64,000 bases of DNA from Nanobdellota archaeon (GCA_038044405.1 JBBTAC010000002.1:58547-122546); one strand, 5' to 3'. Numbered from the stretch's first letter, positions 46,123-56,909 are shown. Numbers and translations are program-made. Notes: a model not told the origin generated them from the sequence alone.

Positions 46123-49100
46123 TTATTTATCTTTCTTATTCCCCAACTCACTCAAAAATCTATCAGATATATAATTTCTTCTCCAGTTAATTACAATCAC
46201 GGAAATTATTGCGCCGACTATTACAATAATAATTGCTAAAGCAATATAAAATCCAGTGTTAGTTCTTGCTTGTTCTCCTTCTATAATATTGCTCTTAATC
46301 TCATCCAAGATTGCATTCGAATTTAATCCCATAACAACTCTTGCCCTCTCATCTCCAACACTTTCAACAGCCATATATATTTCGGTGCTTCCAAGTAATA
46401 CCGGAATAATATCTGTCGACGGAATTAGATAATCTCCATTAAGCGCCTTGACAAGAACGCCGTCTTCTCTTACTTCGAAAGCCAATTCGTAAACATTTCC
46501 ATATTGATCAATAATATTCTTCTTTTCCGTTGCTCCTCTTTCAACATCTACAAATGTAGGAGAATCAGAAACAGAAATCTGCTCTATACTATTATCTACT
46601 ACTGTATCATTAGTTACTTTCTTTGCAACTACTAATACTTGAGCGCCATCTCCAGAATTACTGCCGGTACTTCCAGTATTGCCTGTATTTCCCGTACCTG
46701 AAGATACAGAAACTGTAAACGTAATATTTCTATCTGCCCCTATTTGAGTGTGGTCAACTCTAGCCATGAAAACTCTCAAAGTATGCAAACCATTTGAAAC
46801 AGAAGAAAATACATAACTTCCATCATTATCTAAATCCATATATTCTGTTCCGTCTAAAATTAAATGTACATGATTAACATCCGTTAAATTTCCGCCTTCA
46901 GTATAAACCACTGTAACACTGCTTGTGCCGATAGTTGCTCCATTCGATGGAGATGTTATAGTAATTGTAGGGGGTAAAGATGCAACGCATACAGAATCTG
47001 CGCCATCAATCAAATTATTGCAATTATTATCTAAACCATCAGAACAAAGTTCAGCTGCTAAAGGATTAATATTAGCATTTCCGTCGTTACAATCTATAAC
47101 AGAACCGCAAATTCCAGTCGACGTTGTATTATATCCATCCAAATCTACATCGATGCATGTAACAGGAACTGTACATGTAGGGTCGTTAGAATCTATTAGC
47201 GAATTGCAATTATTATCAATTCCGTCGTTGCAAACCTCGGTTATTCCAGGGTTTACAAAAAATAAAGCATCATCGCAATCAACTGCTCCGCAGCTTCCGC
47301 CAGTAGTTGCGTTCCATCCGTCAATATCCGTATCAGTGCAAACAATAGGAGTTAAAGTATTATTAATTATTCTGAAATTATCTGTGAATGTTCCAGTACT
47401 ATTCAAAAACTGCACTGAAACTTCCGTTGAGTTCACAAAGAATTTAGTAAAACCAAATGTAGGATTTATATTATTTCCCATCCATTTTGTAAAGTATCCC
47501 GCCTCTGAATCCAAAGTATTGATATCATATAAAGATTGCCCAAATGTGCCATCAATAATTAAAACAGAACCAGCCCCCTTGGAATATAAATCATCACTTC
47601 CGTCATCAACAACACAACCATTATTATAAGAGTTTACTTGCGCACAAGATAGTTGTTTACTTCTTTCATAAACATGATCATGTCCTTGCAAGATAAGGTC
47701 TACTTTTTTATTGAACAATAAATTCATCAGGTCAGCTCCAATCTCACAGCTCTTTGTTGCTGCAGTGATGCAATTCTTATGCATTCCTACGATAACCCAA
47801 GGAATTCCAGCAACTCTAGCAGAATCAATTGTATTCGAGAGCCAAGTGTAATTAGAATTTCCAACAGTATAACTATATGCCGCCCCATTTATATTTAGAT
47901 TTGGAGCAATCATGATAATTCTTGCCAAATTACTCACATCAAAATAATATTCAGCACCATATAATCCATTGGAACTCATTCTATCAGGCAAACATGCTGC
48001 AAAGTTCATGATATATCCATTAGGCCCTCCAGTTTCTTCATGATTTCCAGAAATCAATTCAAAAGGATATACTGAATTCAATCTAGATTTAATAAAGTTG
48101 CACCAGTTTGTTTCTGTTCCAGCAGCACCATAACTCATATCTCCCAAAGCAAGATAAAAGCTTGAATTTGACGCGTTCAACATATCTAAACTTCTATTTG
48201 TATTAATATTCCATCCATGATCGCCTGCAGCTGCAAAACTAAAGCTTGTTAATACAGGTAAAGGCAAAACATTATCCACAGTTACAGAAATTGCAGAAGT
48301 CCGTATATTCCCAGCAGCGTCTCTTGCTCTTGCAGATAAATTGTGATTTCCATTTGCAGTTGTAGAACTATTCCACAAAATACTATAAGGAGTAGTCAAA
48401 TCCTCACTTCCAATATTTGCTCCATCAATTAAAAATTGAACTCCTGCAACACCAACATTGTCAGATGCAGTTGCATTTACAGTAATAGTATTTGAAACAA
48501 TTGATCCATTAAGAGGAGTTGTAATTGAAACTGTTGGAAGTGTTGTATCAGGAGGAGGAAGCCCTAAACAAATGCTATCTGCCAGTGCAGTCACACAAAC
48601 ATATCCTCCGCTTACATCAAGTCGAGTATCTAAACAAGGAGGATTCTTTTGCGGGAAAAATACTTCAAAATTATCTCCAGATATTCTATTATGATTGCAA
48701 ACTATGAGTCTATCAAGATTAGCAACATCTTGTCCAGGAGTATAATAATCCATACTAATTCCGCTGCCAGATGCAAAAAGATTATTCACAAGGATAGTAT
48801 TGGGATCAGGTAAGTCACAACCATTGCAACTTCCAGGCGCCGCGCTTGTTCGGTGACTGTAATCAGCATTTCTAAAATAATTATTTTCATATCGAATAAT
48901 ATCACTTCTAAAATAAGGCCCTAATAAATTAGTATCATAAAAAAAGGAATTTCTTAGTGTATGATTTGCCGTATCATAATCTCCATAATGAAATGCCGAA
49001 TTTGATTTATAAACTTTAAATCCATCAAAATCAAAATTAGAATCTGGATATCCATAAAAAGGATAACGAATGGTATTCCAAATCACAACATTTCTTAAAG

Positions 49101-50841
49101 TAGATATAGGGCAGCTATATCCGTTCTGATAAAGTTTATTACACACCCACCACAAAGTAAGTCCTTGGACATTACCATACATCTCATTCCCATCAAATTC
49201 AGAGATATTCATTGAGTATCCATTTCTCAAAGTGTACTGTCCTGCAATAGCAGTGTCAGCTCCTTGGAAATTTGGGATACGAAGATCAGCAACGCCTTCA
49301 ATGTTTGAAAAATATTGCTGTTGATACTTAAATCCATACGATGCTTCGACATCTCCCTGACCTTCACCCATATTTGCAGCTACATTATTTCTCACATAAT
49401 TATTTGGTCCTCTAAACCAAAATCCAACACCTTCCCTTCCAATGCCTCGTCCAGAAGGATCAGCTTCAATTCTCTGACCATTACTTGAAATCTTAGCAAC
49501 AAAATTATGGTCAAAAAGATTATAACTTTCAGTTCCATCTTCAGTAACTATTCCAGAACCGCCTAAATTATACACAACATTATCCTGAATTAATCCATAA
49601 TGGGAATTATGGATTGTTATACCCCATTTCTGTGGAGGAGGTTGAACAGCAGAACTATTTTCATAAATTGCATTTCCAACAAGTCTAAATTGATAAGGGT
49701 TGCTAAACCATGGAGTTCCAGGAGCAGGACCCATTGTATGATGCATATGCAAAGAATATCTTCCAATAGGATTTGTTACAGCGTTTAAATCATTAAAAGT
49801 AGTTCTCCCTAAATCAACAAATGCAGAATATCTTATATCAACACTAGCTCTTCCTGTAAAAAGAACATGCCCCCTCGTCCCAGTTTTACTTTCAGATCGG
49901 ATAACAATATTTCTTCTCAGATTACCAATATGTGGTAAATAATCTGGCTGTCCATCTGCATTCTCATCAGTAGTTCCAGGATGAGTATAAGTTAATGCAG
50001 GCGAAAATGTAATATTTCTTCCATCTCCAGAGATTGCAGTAATAGTTCGTTCTTCTAATTGAAGATAAGTATAACGATTAGCCCCATTACCAGGATCAGG
50101 ATAAAAATGAGTATCAGGAATAAATATTTTATCTCCAACTTTCCATCCAGTCACCGCCTGTGTCAAAGAAAACGTCGTCGCCCCCGCAACTGGCGTTTGT
50201 GAAACTCTCACAAAAGTAGGATTCATTAGAGAGCCATGCATACTAACTTTTCCTAAACCAATTAAAGCAGTTCCAAATTGCGCAGGATCTTCAATTGAAT
50301 CAATTGGAACATCCCGAATAATAATTTCAGCAGAAATTCCGTCAGGAATAGGATTGCCCTCTGAACCAACTTCTAAAGTTCCTTCAGGAAATACTAAAAT
50401 ATATCCCGCTTTTAATTGAGTATTTTGTGTTCTTGAAAAGTTAACAACTCCGTGAATATTCAAGCAAGTAATATTAACTCCAACTGGAGCATCATACGTT
50501 ACTCTATGACTAACGTTCACAGAATCGTTATGTGTAGGTATCCTATTCAAATTCCAAGTCGCAGGATCATTCCAATTTCCATTTTGAACAGAATAAATAC
50601 TAGGCACAGGACATAAAATAGGAATATTGCCACCGCTTGTCGGAATAGTTGGAGCAAGTAATAATTGCTGGAAAAAGGGAAGATGTAATTTCTCAATATT
50701 TAAAAATAATTTCTGAACTCTCACTTCGTCAGTATGTCTGCTAAGAATTTTAATAAAAACAATTGAAAGCAATATAAATGAAATTATAAAAACTAGAAAA
50801 AATATAAAAGAATTAAAACTAACCTTCCTCTTATTATGCAT
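46123..50841 (-). CDS. Giant membrane-anchored surface protein (1572 aa) with right-handed beta-helix-like repeats, a calcineurin-like metallophosphoesterase region, Ig-like segments and MopE-like Cys-rich repeats
   Basis: N-terminal and C-terminal TM segments. GDMSY...GNHE phosphoesterase motifs. Repeated DxDxDG...CDDxx..NP...E.C.DGxDNNCN motifs. G/N/S/T-rich beta-helix composition. Confidence 0.6.
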   Translation of the reverse strand: MHNKRKVSFNSFIFFLVFIISFILLSIVFIKILSRHTDEVRVQKLFLNIEKLHLPFFQQLLLAPTIPTSGGNIPILCPVPSIYSVQNGNWNDPATWNLNRIPTHNDSVNVSHRVTYDAPVGVNITCLNIHGVVNFSRTQNTQLKAGYILVFPEGTLEVGSEGNPIPDGISAEIIIRDVPIDSIEDPAQFGTALIGLGKVSMHGSLMNPTFVRVSQTPVAGATTFSLTQAVTGWKVGDKIFIPDTHFYPDPGNGANRYTYLQLEERTITAISGDGRNITFSPALTYTHPGTTDENADGQPDYLPHIGNLRRNIVIRSESKTGTRGHVLFTGRASVDIRYSAFVDLGRTTFNDLNAVTNPIGRYSLHMHHTMGPAPGTPWFSNPYQFRLVGNAIYENSSAVQPPPQKWGITIHNSHYGLIQDNVVYNLGGSGIVTEDGTESYNLFDHNFVAKISSNGQRIEADPSGRGIGREGVGFWFRGPNNYVRNNVAANMGEGQGDVEASYGFKYQQQYFSNIEGVADLRIPNFQGADTAIAGQYTLRNGYSMNISEFDGNEMYGNVQGLTLWWVCNKLYQNGYSCPISTLRNVVIWNTIRYPFYGYPDSNFDFDGFKVYKSNSAFHYGDYDTANHTLRNSFFYDTNLLGPYFRSDIIRYENNYFRNADYSHRTSAAPGSCNGCDLPDPNTILVNNLFASGSGISMDYYTPGQDVANLDRLIVCNHNRISGDNFEVFFPQKNPPCLDTRLDVSGGYVCVTALADSICLGLPPPDTTLPTVSITTPLNGSIVSNTITVNATASDNVGVAGVQFLIDGANIGSEDLTTPYSILWNSSTTANGNHNLSARARDAAGNIRTSAISVTVDNVLPLPVLTSFSFAAAGDHGWNINTNRSLDMLNASNSSFYLALGDMSYGAAGTETNWCNFIKSRLNSVYPFELISGNHEETGGPNGYIMNFAACLPDRMSSNGLYGAEYYFDVSNLARIIMIAPNLNINGAAYSYTVGNSNYTWLSNTIDSARVAGIPWVIVGMHKNCITAATKSCEIGADLMNLLFNKKVDLILQGHDHVYERSKQLSCAQVNSYNNGCVVDDGSDDLYSKGAGSVLIIDGTFGQSLYDINTLDSEAGYFTKWMGNNINPTFGFTKFFVNSTEVSVQFLNSTGTFTDNFRIINNTLTPIVCTDTDIDGWNATTGGSCGAVDCDDALFFVNPGITEVCNDGIDNNCNSLIDSNDPTCTVPVTCIDVDLDGYNTTSTGICGSVIDCNDGNANINPLAAELCSDGLDNNCNNLIDGADSVCVASLPPTITITSPSNGATIGTSSVTVVYTEGGNLTDVNHVHLILDGTEYMDLDNDGSYVFSSVSNGLHTLRVFMARVDHTQIGADRNITFTVSVSSGTGNTGNTGSTGSNSGDGAQVLVVAKKVTNDTVVDNSIEQISVSDSPTFVDVERGATEKKNIIDQYGNVYELAFEVREDGVLVKALNGDYLIPSTDIIPVLLGSTEIYMAVESVGDERARVVMGLNSNAILDEIKSNIIEGEQARTNTGFYIALAIIIVIVGAIISVIVINWRRNYISDRFLSELGNKKDK

Positions 50842-50977
50842 TATTTAGTCAAAGAATAAAGATATATAAAGATATCCTTAATATTCGATAATATTAGCCA
50901 ATTTTAACTTTATCGACGATAAACTGGCAGAAAGGTTTTTAAATGAAGTTTCATTTTTTAATACTTACTAAATCAAG

Positions 50978-52867
50978 ATGACTGGCAATAAAGAATATTC
51001 TGCTGAAAAAATAACCGTATTAGAAGGGTTAGAAGCAGTAAGAAAAAGGCCTGCAATGTACATTGGAAGTACTGGCAAGTCTGGACTCCATCATTTAGTC
51101 TATGAAGTAGTAGACAACTCTGTTGATGAAGCAATGGGGGGCTATTGCAAAGAAATAGAGGTAATATTGAATAAAGATGGCAGCGTAACTGTCATAGACG
51201 ACGGCAGGGGAATCCCTGTTGATACCCATCCAATATACAAACGCCCTGCTTTAGAAATAGTTGTCACAAAATTACACGCTGGAGGAAAGTTCGACAAAGG
51301 AAGTTATTCAGTTTCAGGCGGATTGCATGGTGTAGGAATAAGTGTCGTTGCAGCATTGTCAAAACATATGTCTGTTATTGTAAAAAGAGGAGGAGAAAAA
51401 CACAAACAAGAATACAAAATAGGAAAACCATTATACGATGTAAAAGTTATAGGTGAAATTCCTAAAAGTGAAACAGGAACAGAAGTTACATTCATGCCTG
51501 ACGATACGATATTCTCAACAACAGAATTCGAATTCTCAATATTGGCGACAAGATTAAGGGAAATTGCATTCTTGAATAAAAATCTTAAAATCACATTAAA
51601 AGATGATAGAAATGATAAAAAAGAAGTTTTCTTTTATGAAGGCGGACTTGTAGAATTTGTCAAATGGTTGAATAAATCAAAAGAAGCATTGCACAAACCA
51701 ATCTACTTTTTGAAAGAAGATGGTGGAACAGTTATAGAATGTGCTGTCCAATATAATTCAAGCTATCAGGAAAATGTTCTTGGTTTTGTAAATACAATTA
51801 ATACAGTTGAAGGAGGAACTCACATTGTCGGATTTAAGACAGCCCTTACAAGAGCAATAAATGATTATGCAAATAAAAATAAATTGCTCAAAGACGGAAA
51901 CCTAACAGGCGACGATGTCAGAGAGGGTTTAACAGCAATAGTATCTACAAAAGTTCCAGAGCCGCAATTTGAAGGCCAAACAAAAACAAAACTTGGAAAC
52001 AGCGAAATTAAAGGCATTGTAGATAAATTAAGCATGTCTGCGTTATCTGAATTTTTTGAAGAAAATCCAACCATAGCAAGAAGAATAATATTAAAGGCGA
52101 CAGAAGCGCAAAAAGCAAGAAGTGCTGCAAAAAAAGCAAAAGATTTAATTCGAAGAAAAAGCGCTTTTGGCGGCGGAGGGTTGCCTGGAAAATTAAGAGA
52201 TTGTGCAAATAAAAAAGCAGACAATACAGAACTATTTATTGTTGAGGGAGATTCTGCAGGCGGTTCAGCAACACAAGGAAGAAATAAAGAATTTCAGGCA
52301 ATATTGCCTCTAAAAGGAAAACCTCTAAATGTAGAAAAAGCAAACCCTGTTAAGGTTTTAGGCAACGAAGAAATCTCTTCATTAATTACAGCTATTGGAG
52401 CAGGAATTGGGGATCAATTTAATATTGAAAATATGAGATACTCTAAAGTAATTCTTATGAGTGATGCAGATGTTGATGGAGCGCATATTAGAACACTCTT
52501 ATTAACATTCTTCTATAGATTCTTGCCAGAATTAGTAAAACAAGGTCATATTTACATTGCAGTTTCTCCATTATACAGAGTTAGAAAACGCGGAGACCAT
52601 TATATCTATTCAGATGAAGAATTAAAAGAAATGAGGCAAAAACTTGGACAGAACATTGACGTGCAAAGATTTAAAGGTCTTGGTGAAATGAACTCAGAAC
52701 AATTATGGGAAACAACAATGAACCCAAAAACCAGATTGCTAAAAAAAGTTACAGTAGAAGATGCAGCTGCAGCTGACAAAATATTTTCTCAATTAATGGG
52801 GGATGACGTTGAAGCTCGCAGGCAATTCATTGCAGAACGAGCGCATGAAGCCCAAATAGATATTTAA
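50978..52867 (+). CDS. gyrB: DNA gyrase subunit B
   Basis: GHKL ATPase motifs, Toprim EGDSAGG, PLKGK and canonical GyrB order. Confidence 0.95.
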   Translation: MTGNKEYSAEKITVLEGLEAVRKRPAMYIGSTGKSGLHHLVYEVVDNSVDEAMGGYCKEIEVILNKDGSVTVIDDGRGIPVDTHPIYKRPALEIVVTKLHAGGKFDKGSYSVSGGLHGVGISVVAALSKHMSVIVKRGGEKHKQEYKIGKPLYDVKVIGEIPKSETGTEVTFMPDDTIFSTTEFEFSILATRLREIAFLNKNLKITLKDDRNDKKEVFFYEGGLVEFVKWLNKSKEALHKPIYFLKEDGGTVIECAVQYNSSYQENVLGFVNTINTVEGGTHIVGFKTALTRAINDYANKNKLLKDGNLTGDDVREGLTAIVSTKVPEPQFEGQTKTKLGNSEIKGIVDKLSMSALSEFFEENPTIARRIILKATEAQKARSAAKKAKDLIRRKSAFGGGGLPGKLRDCANKKADNTELFIVEGDSAGGSATQGRNKEFQAILPLKGKPLNVEKANPVKVLGNEEISSLITAIGAGIGDQFNIENMRYSKVILMSDADVDGAHIRTLLLTFFYRFLPELVKQGHIYIAVSPLYRVRKRGDHYIYSDEELKEMRQKLGQNIDVQRFKGLGEMNSEQLWETTMNPKTRLLKKVTVEDAAAADKIFSQLMGDDVEARRQFIAERAHEAQIDI

Positions 52868-52868
52868 A

Positions 52869-53117
52869 ATGGAAAAGAAAAAAATATGTCCAAACTGCGG
52901 AAACAGATCAATGATATTAGAGCAAACTAGTGTAAACGATAATAATTTTCTAAGAACCCCATTAGTATGCAAGGAATGCGGACATATAGATCTAATTATG
53001 GAAGAAGAACAAGAAGCTAAAATGTTTGAAAAACAAAATTCAATGAACAAAATACCTGGAGAAAAAGAAATTCTCTCAAAAAGAAAAATATCTAAAAAAC
53101 CTAGAAAAAAACAATGA
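52869..53117 (+). CDS. Small 4-Cys zinc-ribbon protein, translationally coupled between gyrB and gyrA
   Basis: CPNCGN...CKECGH. Its start is 1 nt after the gyrB stop. Its stop overlaps the gyrA ATG. Confidence 0.4.
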   Translation: MEKKKICPNCGNRSMILEQTSVNDNNFLRTPLVCKECGHIDLIMEEEQEAKMFEKQNSMNKIPGEKEILSKRKISKKPRKKQ

Positions 53118-55630
53118 CATCAAAAACAGACGAAGAAAAAATTGAAGAAGAAATAGAAGAGAAAGAAAAAGAAAGAAGAAAGAAAAATATGATTGAAGAC
53201 GGCGTCCAAGGGGCTGAGATAGTTGACGAAATGAAAAAGTCCTATATCGACTATGCGATGTCAGTCATAGTTCAAAGAGCTCTTCCAAGTGTAGAAGATG
53301 GTTTGAAACCAGTCCACAGAAGAATTTTGCACACTATGAACCTATTAGGTCTTGACCCTTCAAAACCAACAATTAAGTCAGCTAGAATAGTTGGAGACGC
53401 AATGGGTAAGTTCCACCCTCACGGAAACATCGCTATTTATGATGCATTAGTAAGAATGGCCCAAGATTTTTCTTTAAGATATCCTTTAGTTCATGGTCAA
53501 GGAAATTTCGGTAGCCTTGACGGAGACAGTGCGGCAGCAGACCGTTATACTGAAGCTAAACTAAGCAAGATTGCATCAACCTTATTGGACGACATTGATA
53601 AAGAGACAGTTAAAATGATGCCCAACTATGACAACTCTTTGAAAGAACCAGAAACCCTGCCTGGAAAATTGCCAAATCTCTTATTAAATGGTGCAACAGG
53701 AATTGCAGTTGGTATGGCTACAAACATCCCTCCGCATAATTTATCTGAACTATGCGACGCAATAATGGCCTACGTAGACAATCATGAGATAAAAATTGAA
53801 GACTTAATGGAAATTGTAAAAGGTCCTGACTTCCCAACTGGCGGATTTGCAATGGGCCCTGGAATATCTGAAATGTATAAGACAGGAAAAGGAAAAGTAA
53901 TTATGAGGGCCCGAACAACAACAGAAGAAAATAAGGGAAAAGAACAGATAATTGTCACCGAAATTCCTTATATGATTAACAAGGCAGAATTAATAAAAAC
54001 AATAGCAAAATTAGCAAGCGAAAAAAAATTGCCGGATATTTCAGACATATGGGATGAATCTGCAAAAGGAAAAGTTAGAATTGTTATCGAATTGAAAAAA
54101 GGAATAGATCCCAAGTATACTTTAAACAAGCTTTACAAATTAACTAATCTCCAAACTAATTTTGACGCAAACATTCTCGCATTAGTAGGAAACCAGCCAA
54201 AAGTTCTAAATTTAAAAGAAGTAATTATAGAATATATAAAATACAGAATAAGAATTGTTACAAATAGAACAAAATTTGAATTAAAAAAAGCAGAAGACAG
54301 AATAGAAATTGTCCTAGGGCTGCTAATCGCCATAAAACATATTGATGAAATTGTCGACTTCATAAAGAAAAGCAAAGCCGTTGCAGATGCTCACGAAGGG
54401 CTTATGAAAAAATGGAATTTATCAGATAGACAGGCAAAAGCAGTCTTAGAAATAAAATTACAGCAATTAACTTCTTTGGAACATACAAAACTGAAGGAAG
54501 AAGAAGAAAAATTAAAGGAAACAATCGAATACTTGAAAAAAGTCTTATCTTCTGACAAAGAAATATTAAGAATAATCAAGAAAGAAGTCTCTGACTTGAA
54601 AAAAGATTATGGTGACGAAAGAAGAACTAGAATTATAAAAAAAGTAGATGAAATCTCGGAAGAAGACATGGTTGAAAAGAAAGACGTCGTAGTATTATTG
54701 ACAAACTCAGGATATATTAAAAGAGTGGATGTCCAAACATACAAAGAACAAAAAAGAGGCGGAGCAGGAATAATCGGAGCAGAATTGAAAGAAGAAGATT
54801 TTGTTAAAAAATTAGTTACATGTTCTACTCATGATTACTTATTATTCTTCACATCTAGAGGCAGAGTATATTGGCTTAAATCACATGATGTTCCTGCAGC
54901 AGAAAGACAAAGTAAAGGAAGAAGTATAATTAATCTATTAGACTTGAAAGAAGAAACAATTGCAAACATAATTGCACTTCGTAATTTTGAATCAGGATAC
55001 TTAATATTCGCGACAAAACTCGGAATGGTTAAGAAACTGCCCTTGAGAGATCTAGCAAAACCAAGAAGCACAGGCGTACGAATAATGAGTCTTCCATTAG
55101 ACGGATCAGACGAAATAATTAATGTAGGTTATGTTGAAGACCATCAAGAAGTCTTATTAGTAACAAAAAAAGGACAAGCAATTAGATTTAACTCAGACCA
55201 CGTCAGACCAATGGGCAGATCTAGTTATGGAGTAAAAGGAGTTGACTTAGGAAAAACAGATGCGGTAGTTTCATTAATGGAAATTCCAAAAGACGGCAAA
55301 ACAACTGTCTTAACAATTACAGAACATGGATATGGTAAACGTTCTGACCTAGAAGATTATAGGATAACAGCAAGAGCAGGAAAAGGAGTTATAAATCTAA
55401 AAACAACAGATAAAACAGGAAACATAATCTCATCTGTTTCTGTAAACGACAAAGATTCAATAATTATCACAACAACGCAAGGAATGACAATAAGAGTTAC
55501 AATGAAAGAACTGCGTGTAATGGGAAGAGCAACGCAAGGCGTTCGAATAGTTAGATTAAAGGAAAGAGATAAAGTTGCAGACGTAGTTAAAGTCGCAATG
55601 GTCGCTGAAATTCCAGTAATTTCTGTTTAA
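53114..55630 (+). CDS. gyrA: DNA gyrase subunit A
   Basis: GLKPVHRR, active-site Tyr region (DRYTE), GyrA-box-like C-terminal beta-pinwheel repeats. Confidence 0.95.
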   Translation: MTSKTDEEKIEEEIEEKEKERRKKNMIEDGVQGAEIVDEMKKSYIDYAMSVIVQRALPSVEDGLKPVHRRILHTMNLLGLDPSKPTIKSARIVGDAMGKFHPHGNIAIYDALVRMAQDFSLRYPLVHGQGNFGSLDGDSAAADRYTEAKLSKIASTLLDDIDKETVKMMPNYDNSLKEPETLPGKLPNLLLNGATGIAVGMATNIPPHNLSELCDAIMAYVDNHEIKIEDLMEIVKGPDFPTGGFAMGPGISEMYKTGKGKVIMRARTTTEENKGKEQIIVTEIPYMINKAELIKTIAKLASEKKLPDISDIWDESAKGKVRIVIELKKGIDPKYTLNKLYKLTNLQTNFDANILALVGNQPKVLNLKEVIIEYIKYRIRIVTNRTKFELKKAEDRIEIVLGLLIAIKHIDEIVDFIKKSKAVADAHEGLMKKWNLSDRQAKAVLEIKLQQLTSLEHTKLKEEEEKLKETIEYLKKVLSSDKEILRIIKKEVSDLKKDYGDERRTRIIKKVDEISEEDMVEKKDVVVLLTNSGYIKRVDVQTYKEQKRGGAGIIGAELKEEDFVKKLVTCSTHDYLLFFTSRGRVYWLKSHDVPAAERQSKGRSIINLLDLKEETIANIIALRNFESGYLIFATKLGMVKKLPLRDLAKPRSTGVRIMSLPLDGSDEIINVGYVEDHQEVLLVTKKGQAIRFNSDHVRPMGRSSYGVKGVDLGKTDAVVSLMEIPKDGKTTVLTITEHGYGKRSDLEDYRITARAGKGVINLKTTDKTGNIISSVSVNDKDSIIITTTQGMTIRVTMKELRVMGRATQGVRIVRLKERDKVADVVKVAMVAEIPVISV

Positions 55631-55697
55631 TTATACAAATAGTATTATATACTAAAATATAAGTATATTTATAATATTTAAAACATTCTTAAAAATT

Positions 55698-56147
55698 ATG
55701 GTGGATTTAGAAGATCAATTAACAGAATTACATAAACAAAAAAAGCAAATTCTAGGAAAAATTGATGTAAGGAATAAGAATAGAAGAATTAAATGCGGTG
55801 GATGTGAAGATTCTCATAAAATCAGAGATCTTACAGCAATCCAAACTCATTGGTATACTTCTCCACATGGATGCACAGGAGGAGATTATTGGAATGAAGG
55901 AGAGCTACAATTTATTTGTCCTGAAACAGGCATTATAAACAGACTATTGTTTAATAATCATGATGTTCCTTGGGAAGAAAGAGATAATTACACGAATGAT
56001 CCTGAAGAACAATTCAAAATAAATTATAAAGGGCTATTCAAGGAAGTTAAAGATAGTTATGACAAAACAACTCCAAATAGATGGGTAAATAATTACTATG
56101 CAGATCAAAATCGTAAAAAGTTTAGACTCGTAGAAAAAAGAAAGTGA
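55698..56147 (+). CDS. Hypothetical Cys-containing protein
   Basis: CGGCEDSH...CTGG...CPETG. Confidence 0.3.
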   Translation: MVDLEDQLTELHKQKKQILGKIDVRNKNRRIKCGGCEDSHKIRDLTAIQTHWYTSPHGCTGGDYWNEGELQFICPETGIINRLLFNNHDVPWEERDNYTNDPEEQFKINYKGLFKEVKDSYDKTTPNRWVNNYYADQNRKKFRLVEKRK

Positions 56148-56181
56148 AATAAACTCCAATCAACAATAAATTTAGAAAAAA

Positions 56182-56565
56182 TCAATATCTCCAATTATAA
56201 TATCCTAAATGAGGATCATATCTTGGAGCATAATAATAGGGCTTATCATAACTATAATCCCTATCATAAACGTAAGTTCTGTCGTACATATAATTTCTAT
56301 CGTATCTATAATTAGAACTTGAAGGGTAAGTATATTTGTATATTGGCGCGTATCTATTTGGAGCATAATAATAATCGTGATAAACAGGATAATTCCTTTC
56401 CACTACTCTTTTCTCTGTTGTATAGGTAGTTTTCTCGTAATAACTATAACTATCCATAGGATAATAACCAGAATAATGACTAGGGTAATAATATCCATCA
56501 TATGCAGATACGAATGATAACGACAATATTGCTGCAAATAACGCAATAAATAGTAGTTTTCTCAT
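56182..56565 (-). CDS. Secreted tyrosine-rich low-complexity protein
   Basis: Signal peptide, then YxxY-rich repeats with about 30% Tyr. Confidence 0.35.
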   Translation of the reverse strand: MRKLLFIALFAAILSLSFVSAYDGYYYPSHYSGYYPMDSYSYYEKTTYTTEKRVVERNYPVYHDYYYAPNRYAPIYKYTYPSSSNYRYDRNYMYDRTYVYDRDYSYDKPYYYAPRYDPHLGYYNWRY

Positions 56566-56672
56566 ATTATTCTAGTTGTATTTTCATATTTAAACCTTGT
56601 TTACTACTCGCCTAGATAAAAATTAAGGATAAAATAAGCAAAATATATAACTCTTATATTATTAAATAGATA

Positions 56673-56909
56673 ATGAATATAGACAAAAGGGATAAATTAT
56701 TAATAATTATTTCTACAGTTGTAGCTATTGTAGTTTCTAAGATAGCTGATTTCATATTGCCCCAATTAATGAATCTGCATTTATTAGATAGCCAGTTATT
56801 AGATCCTTGGATTAATCTATTAATTAGTTTGATACTATTAATAGGATTTACACTATTCTTTTTTGAAATTGTAAGTAAGTTAGCTTATCATACAATAAAA
56901 GAAGATTAA
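56673..56909 (+). CDS. Small membrane protein
   Basis: Two TM helices. Confidence 0.25.
   Translation: MNIDKRDKLLIIISTVVAIVVSKIADFILPQLMNLHLLDSQLLDPWINLLISLILLIGFTLFFFEIVSKLAYHTIKED

Noticed and set aside
46925-49788. Plus-strand ORFs (46925..47629, 48458..48694, 48525..48707, 49600..49788) inside the giant surface-protein gene
   Set aside because: They are antisense to a continuous 4.7-kb ORF. Their low-complexity S/P/L-rich translations mirror the G/N/T-rich coding strand.
51304-55071. Minus-strand ORFs within gyrB and gyrA (51304..51594, 51865..52224, 52008..52208, 52793..53050, 54133..54375, 54391..54579, 54835..55071)
   Set aside because: Antisense to unmistakable gyrase genes. Spurious.
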